NCBI GenBank assembly: GCA_905331295.1
Contig: CAJNYD010000077.1
Location: 62,001 to 107,989 of the forward strand
DNA: 45,989 nt
Source of the DNA: Rotaria socialis
Taxonomy: Eukaryota
Direction of reading: 5' to 3'
Positions 1 through 22,283 of the stretch are shown here, piece by piece (position 1 is the first letter of the stretch; each line of letters starts with the position of its first letter). A program made the translations under genes and the position numbers. Below the pieces are notes generated by a model, which was given only the letters and a program-made list of their open reading frames with translations, was not told the origin of the DNA and did no database searches.

Positions 1-605
1 TATTATATGAAGTTAAGGCATGTAAACACTGAGCGGCTCAAGGAAAACCGATCTGTTTTCGCTGGAATATGTCTATAATAAAAGACTAAATAAATGTACT
101 CTCTCGTGGGTAGCGTTCTCAGCAATATTTACGTACTTTGGGAACTGAGCAGTATGTTTGTCAACAATTTACGTCAAAAGTCTTAAAACTTTTATTTCCA
201 CTACATATTTCAACATCAGAAAACTGTAACAACTTTGATTGAAGACAAGTCCAGTGATGTTGCATGAATATTGACTTATACAACGTTATAAATGAACTTC
301 TAACTGTGATACTCAGTAGTTTTGACATCGCCGTTTTTTATCCAAGAAAGCAAAATCGGATTCATGAATACGCCATTTCACTTTCTGATCCTGTCGACTT
401 TCATGATATTCTCGTATCCGGGATACGGTGGTAATCCATACGATCCCAAAATCCGCGATCCGGCTTTTCCCCCTTGATATAACCTGACTTTTGTCCCAAA
501 CAACTGTATATTTGAAATCAGCGCAAAAGACTGGGTCGATCCATATACTTTGCAAAGTCTCCTGATAACTTTTATTTTTGTCAAAAAATTCGACTGGGGT
601 CCACC

Positions 606-696
606 CAAGGGGGAAACAGCTGATTTTTTTGATTAAAATCAAAGATGAAAATCAGAAAAATCAAAAAAAAATCTGATTTTAGCTGTTTCACCCTTG
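606..696. repeat. Short inverted-repeat element (MITE-like remnant)
   Basis: CAAGGGGGAAACAGCT (606-621) pairs with AGCTGTTTCACCCTTG (681-696) at 15/16, around internal AAAATC/GATTTT repeats. No target-site duplication found. Confidence 0.5.
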
Positions 697-1063
697 CATA
701 AAACCATAAGTCAAAAACAAAACAAAGAAAAGAAATCATCTAATAGTTAATCCAACAAGATGAGGGTCTGAATGTAGCGTGAACCTAAGTGAATGGCTTT
801 TGGTTCTAACTGCTTAACATCCGCAACTACACTAGATGATCATTCTGCTATGATTTAGTATCAGGTGATATTTTGTTTATTTATTTTTCACTTATGGTTT
901 TATATGTAATTGTAACATTTTTTTTACATTGGTCAACATCGCTATTAGGCTTGTCCATTCAAGTACTGAATGTTTTTGATAAAGATCTCCAAAGATTATT
1001 TGAACAGTAATACTTTTCAATCATTACTCTCTTCCAACCAAACACTTTAATTATTGTTGTAAA

Positions 1064-2130
1064 CAGTGTTTCTAACAGCGGGTGTCCGCCTTTGTGACAA
1101 AGTGTCCAAGACCCTTGCGATTTTCGATTGACACTATTTTACACTTTGCTCATCAAGACAAAGTGTCAATTTGACACTTATTGAAAATTGTTTACACTTT
1201 TCTTTTCATTGTATGTAAACTTCGAACTGTTTCAGTTTTTTGTTTAGTTCAGATATACTTCATCCTGACATCTTCAAACTAAATGTATAATTCGTTAACG
1301 CATATCTGAATTTATCATTGATAAATTATCAATTGTTGTTATTGTTCTTGTCGTATTATCTTTGCTATGGTTTTTCGACAATGTATGCGCATTACCTTCT
1401 CGTAATCATTGATTTTAAAAAATAGAATTCACAAGTAAAATATTATGTTTTTTATCTGTCGTAAAACTTGTTATCACTCTTTTTTTTTGATAAGATGAAC
1501 AAAAAACAAAACGAATAGAATTAATTCAGTTTTGGAATAAAAGTCGAAAATCATAAACGAACGTTTTATTATCACATGAGAATCAACAACAAATTTATTC
1601 TGTATCATCGTGTACATCGGAACCTATCCCATCATGTATACTTGATGAACCAGAGAATGATATTGTAATTATTTCAAGCGAATCTTCATTTTTACCATCA
1701 AATATTCCTGATAATCAACACGTGTCTTCTTCGATTGAACATGAAAATTCTAATAAATCACAGTTAAACAAAAAATGAAGTCCTATAATTCGTCGTAATT
1801 ATCTTCCTGCTTGGGAAAACAACCCGATACTATGTAGCTATAGAACTTATGTATTCGACCAATTGGGCGAACAACGTGAAAAACTTTCATCGGGGCTGTA
1901 TTTCAAGGACAATGGAATGCGGTGTCTTCTATCTGAAAAACACGGTAAGAGAAGAAATACAAACGGTAGGTTAAATATTTCATAGCAGTTTTTGGTTTGT
2001 TTATAGGCAAAGAACATATCTGGTGTACCTCTATCAACTGATCTTATGTGGGTTTTCAATGATCATAAGGACATACATAGTGATGAAGAAAATGAAAGTG
2101 AAGGTGTGAGTGGTTGGTTGAGTAAATATA
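1064..2130 (+). pseudogene. Decayed, internally deleted hAT-type (ZNF862/TTF-zinc-finger-like) transposase remnant with its left end
   Basis: Begins CAGTGTTTCTAACAGCGG (hAT-like terminus) with repeated GACAAAGTGTC/TGACACT subterminal motifs. Spliced frame: ATG 1367, intron 1383-1494, in-frame stops TAA 1554 and TGA 1776, then RRNYLPAWENN...LYFKDNGMRCLLSEKH, an intron, and GKEHIWCTS. This resembles the N-terminal zinc finger of hAT transposases. Right TIR not found. Confidence 0.5.
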
Positions 2131-2315
2131 AAATTGTTTTTTTTTGTTATTGAATAGTAAAAAAGTGTTTTTGTGTGATTGTCGTTTCACTTTTCTATCT
2201 AACATATGTATAAAATAGTGAATTTAATTGATTTGTTTATCAAGGATGGCTCGATACCATTCTTTGTATGTATTTAATCCAAACATTATATTAATAAAAC
2301 ATGAAATATTTCTTG

Positions 2316-2556
2316 TTTTTGGGTACTCAAAAAGTGAGTACATTCCAGAATCGGTCAGTGTGGCCGGCCGGCCCTCAGCCCATCCGTGTACACGATAACT
2401 CTTCACAATTACATCCGATTGAGCTGAAATTTTGTACACAGAATTGTCTTATCAATATCTCGGTCGAGTTCGAAGATGAGAAGGATCCGTCAATAAATGG
2501 CTGAGTTATCGAAAAAATTGTCAATTTTGACCAGACCATCCTTGAGCGGGGGGGGG
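2316..2556 (+). mobile_element. DINE-1/HINE-like (Helentron-associated) non-autonomous element, copy 1, truncated at N gap
   Basis: T-tract, hairpin GTACTCA-AAAAG-TGAGTAC (2323-2341), GGCC/GTCC-type microsatellite, CACGATAACT. Shares a 30-nt identical block (2454-2483 = 45919-45948) with the copy at the window end. Confidence 0.7.
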
Positions 2557-2557
2557 N

Positions 2558-3011
2558 GCATTCCGGTTCCGATTGACGATTACTGTCGGATTTTATTAGT
2601 TTCCGATATTAGGATCCGATATCGATTCCGGAACCAGGAATCCGACGATAATCCGATAGTTCCCAGGTGAAAGAAAATGGCCCGTAAACGGTATAAAAAC
2701 GATGTAAAACGTTAAAAAACGGCGCCGTTTTCCGTCAGCTCGGAAAACGAAGAGAATAGTGTTAAAAGCGGTGACCGTTTTCTAGCAAAAAAAAACGACC
2801 CGTAAAACGAGCTGACGGATTACGGCGAAATACGGTGAAAATTAATGCCCTTTTATGTCGTTTTATAGCTGTTTCAGGCCGTTTCCGATGGCCTTTCAGA
2901 CGGCAGGATGATCCTCCTGGGTTTCCTTGCGCGTTCCGAAGAGCTCCGTCGGATTCCAAAATGAACCGATCGGAGCTCATCGGATCCTAGGCTAGGATTC
3001 ATTCTTCTGGG
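2558..3011. mobile_element. Outer CCCAG-ended MITE (left end lost at N gap), host of a nested insertion
   Basis: GC-richer TCCGA/TCGGA-repeat sequence ending ...TTCTGGG at 3011, interrupted by the 2662-2921 element. Confidence 0.5.
2662..2921. mobile_element. CCCAGG...CCTGGG MITE with 2-bp TSD (EnSpm/CMC-like)
   Basis: Starts CCCAGG at 2662 and ends CCTGGG at 2921, with TT on both flanks (2660-2661, 2922-2923). Internal AAACG/CGTTT subterminal repeats. Confidence 0.7.
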
Positions 3012-3012
3012 T

Positions 3013-3218
3013 TCACCTAATGAACAGTGAATCGTTACAATAAGTCGTCAATTGAAACAACTTAATGACGGAATGGATCGATTAAGCAATAATCTGGATA
3101 ATTTGTCATATTTGGTCGCGTTAGCAGTAGTAAGTTGGAATTCAATTGTTGTAAAAAAAGTCTTTTATCTTTTGTACTTTAGATAATGGCTTCGATATCA
3201 TTTTACACAAAAAAGTAA
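3013..3218 (+). pseudogene. 3' remnant of a gene for a coiled-coil protein with a C-terminal hydrophobic tail
   Basis: Frame SPNEQ*IVTISRQLKQLNDGMDRLSNNLDNLSYLVALAV, a 53-nt GTAAGT...TTTAG intron (3130-3182), then IMASISFYTKK*; AATAAA near 3303. The 5' part is replaced by MITEs and the gap. Confidence 0.4.
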
Positions 3219-3716
3219 CATTTTTTGTGTTTCTTGCCATTTCTTCTTTTTGTTTTTGTTTTCTCTTGTTCATTCGTTTGTGTCTTTCATTTTCCAAAAG
3301 AAAATAAAGTCGGTCACTGATTGTATATCAGTAACTAAATTTTGTTCTTTTGTTATCGTTCTGTATTTTTTTTAAAGAAGACCAAGTACACGAACGACGG
3401 GTGTGTGTGTGTGACGGTGCCGTGTGTCGTCACATGTCTTGTTTCTGAAAATTGCGCGAGTTTCTCGCTATATGTTCTTTTCCTCTCTCTCGTCTTCATC
3501 GCTTTTTCTTTGTTGCGTTTTGAAATTGAATTATGTTATGTTTGGCGCGTCTAGTTAGTAGATACGTTTGTTCTCTGTATGGGAGTGTGAAAATTATTAC
3601 AAGAGCTTAAAGATATATATAATACATTATTTGATTCTATCTAAAATATCAACTATTAAAAGAATCATTATTCATTTTTAATCTTAATAATTATATGAAA
3701 CTAACATTGTAGAATT

Positions 3717-4502
3717 CAGTGGCGGATCCACCAGTTAGGCTACCCGGCCATCGCCACCCCGCTGAGGATAGAATACCGGCGAAATTTTTTGAAATGTTTT
3801 CATGATTCAACGCATGATATAATAGATATTGCAATATGATATTTAATCAAACGATGTCAGCTTTGATCATGAAAATAAGGTACAGAATATGTAATAAAAT
3901 AAAGCTCTCTGAGCGAATGACTAATAGCAAGAAGTAGAATAACAGGATTAATCATAAATATCATCCATTGACAATTGATCAAGTACACTTGAATATTGAA
4001 ACGTAACCAGCAAAAGCTTATGTGAACAAAAAACCTTGACAATACCTCAATTTTACTAGGATAGCCTAATTGTGTAGCCAGGGGTATTGAAAACTTTACG
4101 GGAAATATCTGATTTTTTCAATATAATTTGACCGAAATATCTAAAGCATGCAGTAATGACATGTACATATTTGGGAATCCCTAATCCACTCTCCCCGACG
4201 ACTCCCCGGGGAGTCCCCAGGGATGCCTGCTTTATAGTAACAAATGAATACCATATTCTAGATTGAAATGTATCCTTTTATTACTAAGTTTTTCAAAAAA
4301 CCAGTAGTCTCAATTTGCAACAATCACCAGCAAGAAGCAAATGAAAACGCATCACTTCATAGTGATATACTATATAAAACGAAATAAAGAATTCGAAAGA
4401 TTAAGCACACATTTTTAAATACTTCACGAAAATTCATACTTGCTTGTTTGAAAACAATTTAGAAATCGCCATCCCCTCTCGAAAATCCTGGATCCGCCGC
4501 TG
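3717..4502. mobile_element. hAT-type MITE (CAGTGGCGG TIR family)
   Basis: TIRs CAGTGGCGGATCCA / TGGATCCGCCGCTG (13/14). Degenerate 8-bp TSD GTAGAATT / GCCGAATT. Internal perfect 16-bp palindrome GACTCCCCGGGGAGTC at 4200-4215. Confidence 0.8.
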
Positions 4503-5474
4503 GCCGAATTAACTAAACATCGCCGGGGGTACAGAATTTTTTTCAAAAAACAACATTTTTCTCAGAATTATTCCCAACATATATAAATCGACTCAGTTTT
4601 TAACGCTGATTCCGAATCTGATATTAGTTTTGAACCAAACCGTAGCTTTCTAACAAAACATCACCTGAAAAAGGTCTCAAAATGCACAAAAACTCTATGC
4701 AGAAACAAAATTGCCTGGATATGTCTCAGATGACCAGTAGTTTCGGAGTTTCCCAAATAACTGGTTTCGAAGATAGTTAAAAGGACTATCGTAAGGTAAA
4801 ACTCGAACTCCATATCTATTAATATTGGTGATTTATTAGGAAAATACTGATGCCTGTATCTATCACATATCTCTTATAGATTCATGAGATTGCTTACGAT
4901 CGTAATCTCGCTAGATAGAAAACGCAAATCCATTCAAAAATAACTCTTCTTACTCAGTTTTTAAAACTAAACACGAATCTGAACTCAATTTCTGTGATTT
5001 CTAAAGATATTATATCACTCTGAGAGTAGAGTCAGTGATCGCCGGATAAGGCCCCATACAGTGTGGCCCATGCTAATTTAGCACGCATGTATTTTCTCCT
5101 TGCAATTTAGTGATAAGGGATGTATCTTGATGAGATCTATGTCTTATAGAAAAAACTAAATACAAGGCCTAGTGCACCGCGTGAGAAAAGTCCAAAATAC
5201 CGGCTCTCGGAGTATGCTATTTCGTTGAATTTAAGCAGTTTTTGAACAAATAAAAAATAAAGTGAATATACCTTTTCACTTTTTGAAGTACACATAACAC
5301 TTGGATTTAAATCCGAGGTTTTCACATTTTTTATTAAAATATTTTCAAGCAGCAGAATTATATATTTTAGTTCATTAGACAAAAATGATATTATACGAGA
5401 AAAACTTTTACCAAAATCAGATCAAATTATAGAAAACTCACGGATAACACTTGAATTATTCAAAAGTTATTCAT

Positions 5475-5703
5475 TATGGGTGTCACTTTATCTTTACTTT
5501 GCCAAGTAAAGTAAAGTAAAATTTGTTTTGTTGACTTGATTTCACTTTATTTTGCACATTTGAATCAGGATATCATACGTTCAATTACTTTATTTTACCT
5601 TTTGGATAAAGTACACTCATCATACTTTACGTTATCGGTAAAGTTGAGTCATATATTTTACTTTACTTTTTCAAAAGTACATAAATATAAAGTGTCACCC
5701 CTA
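5475..5703. mobile_element. hAT-type MITE (TAGGGGTG TIR family), copy A
   Basis: TIRs TATGGGTGTCACTTTAT / ATAAAGTGTCACCCCTA. Perfect 8-bp TSD TTATTCAT (5467-5474, 5704-5711). AAAGT/ACTTT subterminal repeats. Confidence 0.88.
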
Positions 5704-5838
5704 TTATTCATGTTCTTTTTTCTGTGGAGTTTTGAAGCCTCTGTAAATGTTAGTAACTCATCTTCAATGATTCCAAATATTAATCAAATAAAAAGTTTTT
5801 GCAGATAATTTGAAAAAAAATATTCTTACAGTCAATAT

Positions 5839-6245
5839 TAGGTGTGGCACTTTATATTTACCTTACTTTGAAAACGTAAAGTAAAGTATAGTGAGTGTAA
5901 TTTACAGAAAAATTAAAGTAAACTAATTGAACGTATGATAATCTGGTTCAAATGTGAAAAATACAGTGAAATCAAGTTAACAAAACAATATCTTTTGTTT
6001 ATTAATTAAAGACTCGACATTTTTTAAGTTTAGTTTTGTGTTGGTTTCATTTCTGTGTAATGACATAATACTGAAAATATTTCGATAGTTTGTAGCATTA
6101 TAGATGCATGATGCTGAGGTAAGAAACTGGCGAAAACTTCAACTGTACTATTTTACTTTAGTTTAGTTTACTTTAATTTACCCAGTAACATTAAATTGAC
6201 TAAATGTACTTTGCTCAGTAAAGTAAAGATAAAGTGCCACCCCTA
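5839..6245. mobile_element. hAT-type MITE (TAGGGGTG TIR family), copy B, inverted relative to copy A
   Basis: TIRs TAGGTGTGGCACTTTAT / ATAAAGTGCCACCCCTA. TSD GTCAATAT / ATCAATAT (7/8). Internal homology to the reverse complement of copy A (TAATTGAACGTATGATA...TTCAAATGTG...AGTGAAATCAAGT). Confidence 0.85.
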
Positions 6246-7432
6246 ATCAATATGCTTGAATATAATGATAAGGCAGTAGTTTTGATCAAGTATCGATCAA
6301 CAATATTTGAGATCTTTTAAATTTTCTTTTTATACATCTTTACACTTTCGAATTTCATAGACGAAATTATTTGAAAACAAAAAGTAATCAATATTTTTTC
6401 TGAAGAATATTTTATTTTGGGGGAAATAATTTTTTTCATAATATTATACATACGAAAGAATATGAAGATAAAAAATCAAGCGGAAAAGTAGTCTCTTCCA
6501 AGATCATATGAATGAAATTGCCACATTTATGAATTAATATTTTGAATATTAGTACTGATACTGATGTCCAATTTAAAAAAGGCGAATGATGAGTTTTTCA
6601 ATAACTTTTGTTAGAAACAAGATAGTCCTACAGTTTTTACTTTTTACAAGAGGAATTAATTAAAGATACATCGAATCTTATATATTAATTATCAGATGTG
6701 CATATTCAAACTACCAATTGAAGATTTACAAAGCTACGCAAGTCTCAGTGTTTTACATTTAATTGTTTAGAAGTTATAGGCGTTCCAGCCAAAACTCTCA
6801 CCCGATTTTTTAAGTAACTACGGTGAGAAAAAAACACTTCTTTACTTTTTTCTTATTCTATGCGAAACCTCTTTTCCGGTACCTCTGCGCTTTTAGAAAA
6901 ATCTTACGAAAAAATATAGATATATGATTCAATGCGAATGCGACTTCATCTTGTATTTGCAATAGTAAAAATTGGAGCACACTATCGTGTTTCTATCAAA
7001 AATGATTCCCAATATAGTTATGCGCATTTTTCTTTTTAATGGGCATTTGAAAAAGTTTAATTTACATAAGGATTCATTAGAATTTACTGACTATTGGCTT
7101 TAGCAGTAATATGGATTGAAAATCAGTGAAGTAAACCTTTAGCAGAAAGTTGGGGGCTTCATTAAATGACAGAAAAATCAGTGAAAACAGTTGATCAGTG
7201 AATAATTTTAAATATAAAGACAAATAGCAACATCAATATTAATCTTTCATTAGTTTTGAATGATTCAATCATAATTTGCGACAAAGAAAAACAACGAACA
7301 CCCCACTTATAAGAAAATTACAATACAAAAATCTTACAAGTCAAGACGTGTTAATCGTCATTGATGTCGCCTGTTGATGAAGCATAGAAAAGTGTCGCCC
7401 TCATGTTTATGCCATAATCTCTTACAGCATTC

Positions 7433-7445
7433 GTCTCTTAGCAAT
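7433..7445 (+). promoter_or_regulatory. Possible RFX X-box upstream of EML6
   Basis: GTCTCTTAGCAAT, about 80 nt before the ATG, is a near match to the X-box pattern GTNRCY-N(0-3)-RGYAAC. Confidence 0.25.
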
Positions 7446-7522
7446 GAAACGGTCAATGGTGGCAAGTAGTACTATACCAGTCTGTCAATTTTCTGGTGGA
7501 TAAACTGCTTTTATATTGAAGA

Positions 7523-19565
<12,043 letters not shown>

Positions 19566-19683
19566 TTATATGTTCTAAGATGAACTAACTAATCTTTTTT
19601 GCTGTGTCTTACATGTTTAGCTTCTTCTTGTGATTATTTGTGTTTTATTATCATAAAACTGTTTTAGATTGAACAAAACAAAA

Positions 19684-21856
19684 ATGAATAATTTTGAAGA
19701 TTCATCTATATTATCTAATTATCAATTTCCACGTTGGTCAACAGTATCTCGACCACACTCAAGTTTAACATCGAAAGATGCTGTAAATGATATGTTTCAA
19801 TTGGGTATTGATAATCGACATCAATCTCAAAAACATGAATCATCAACAACAAAACGAACTATTCAACATCATGTGCGCATTCCGTCAGCTTCACGTCGTA
19901 CTTCACCTCCACTTCTGGAACAACCAAATTCGACGCCTGCTCATAGTGCAGCATTTGATCGTTCATTACCACCATCAATGGGTTCACGTTTTCATCGTTC
20001 AGTACCTGTACATATGAAATCGACTGCTTTAACAGTACCAATATCAAACAATAAGCAAGATCGATCATTGCAAAATTTCCCTAAACAATCTCATGAAAAA
20101 CGCAAAATAGCACATGAAAGAAAACGAAAAAAGCAACAAGCACAAACATTAGCTGAAAAATATGCCGATACAGATACATGGTTTCAATTAAGACGATCCT
20201 TAGCAGAACTCAAACGTCTTGCTACAACGCAACAGATTTCTGTTGATCCAAGTACATCAATTTTTAATTGTGATGGGCATTCATTTACAACACTTAAACA
20301 AATTATTGCTGAACAACAAGAAGATAAAAAAGCAGCCACGTTAAAATCAGAATCAGGTAACATTTTCTTAATGATTTCTTAAAGATTTTAATTTGAATCG
20401 ATAATTCTTTATCCTAGTGTTTTGATTGCCTCTTGATTCGTATAATGAAGAATATTCACTTTTTAAAACATATTTTATGTTCGATCAAAACTCATAGATA
20501 GCAAAAAAAGTACTTCAGACTAAAAGCTCTATGTAAACTAACAAAAAAGTTTTATCGATAAAAAGGTAGAAACGTACAGCTTCTGGTTTCTCGATCATTC
20601 ATCTGGATGAAATTTCAATAGTAGAAATGCTTTTGTAATTTGCTGAAATCATTATTTTTGTCTAAAATAATTCGTGATGAATATCTTCCTAACTTTCTAC
20701 AGATAAAACAACGAAATCACAATAACAATAAATTTCATTTTCTATGATTCTCAAGATGAATAATTCTTGAATGATCTATTGTAAGATAACTTCCCCAAAA
20801 TTCAATCGAGATCTACATATGCTTTTTATTGTTTCTAATACAAATTTCTGTTTGAAAAGAAGTCAATAGTGAAAAATAGTCGAAATTTTTATTTGTTCTA
20901 TTTATGTTTAACATTGAATGTCATTTAAACAATTTTTAATCGGTAAAGGTGGTACATCATCATTATCATTTGCTTCTACAATTTCGTCACGTGATTTGAC
21001 TCGAGGAAATTTAACAAAACGTCCAACAGAAACTTATCCGCGATTAATTTTCCAACCTTTTATTGTTGCATCAAAACCAATACATACTCCTCTTACTGAA
21101 ATCAATAATTCACTATCGAAGCCAAAACTAAAACCAACTACATCAACAGTCTCTCGTCCTCGTCCAAACTCCATGACAGCACTCATTTCTGATAGAAAAC
21201 GCGCTCAATTGGTTTTATCTGATCTTTCAAATTATGATAATCCACCAGCATCATTAACACCATCACCACCACTGCTCAAAATTGAACAAGATATGTTTCC
21301 TCGGAAACTATTTACATTATCATCAACCCATTGTCGAGCTCCATCAAGTATTCAATTATCTTCAACAATAAAATTAAAGTCTCAACCTCCTAGATGTCAT
21401 AGTGCTACCGATATAAAACCTTCATATTCAACCAATAAACATTTTCCACGCTTTATATTAGTTGCTGATGAAGAACATCGTATTGAAAGTTGGTATCATC
21501 AATATCCATTTATACTTGGTGATGATCTTTTAACATTATTTCAATCCAAACAGTTACAACAAAAATCTATCATATCAGCTTATTTTATTGATGATCTACA
21601 ATTATTAAAAACAAACGTGACATCAAAAACGTTTCTACAAGGTAAACCATTTCATATAAATAACGATTGGAAAAAGTACGATATCATCTTTATATCAAAT
21701 AATATTTATCAAGAAATTATTATTTATTTACAACCAATTATAAATCTAATTAATTCATCAGGAAAAATTATTAAAATTTATCAAATTAATCATGAAGAAG
21801 ATTTAAAAGGACAAGTAAAAAGTATATGCAAACAGCTACAGCAACGAAATCTATAA
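19684..21856 (+). CDS. Uncharacterised 526-aa protein, 2 exons (19684-20356, 20949-21856)
   Basis: Two long ORFs joined in frame by a phase-1 intron (TCAG/GTAACA...AAAG/GT). S/T/P-rich N-terminal part, basic RKRKK segment, ordered-looking C-terminal ~130 aa. AATAAA near 21964. Confidence 0.8.
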
Positions 21857-22283
21857 AACAATTTTATACGCAGTTCTACTATACATTCATTTCATGATTT
21901 AATCTCATTCATTTGTTTTATTTATTGTAATATTTTCGTATATATTTATGTAGAGAAAAAAGTAATAAAATAAATACAAAAATGCATCTAAAAAATGAAG
22001 TCTTTTTTCTAAAAGATACGAACAAATATTACCTGCTATTTATTATTTCACTTATAAAAGTTGTAATTACTTATTTTTCATTTGTGATGATCCAAAACAG
22101 AAAACAAAATTTTGACATAAAATCCTTTAATAATCATATTTTAACTTGATCCGATGTAGTGAACCATAAATTAAACGATGTGTTATTCATGAGACTTGTT
22201 CAAGACTTTGAATTTATTTTTATTTAATATTGTTCTAGTTTTCCTTTTACTTTTATTAGTAGACAATTTTGGTACGCTATAAA

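Noticed and set aside
313..642. Minus-strand ORFs of 109 and 76 aa
   Set aside because: No recognisable domain. The DNA looks like a non-coding repeat loosely similar, in reverse, to 4530-4620 (TCGAC.CAGT.TTT..CGCTGATT), and I could not define its ends.
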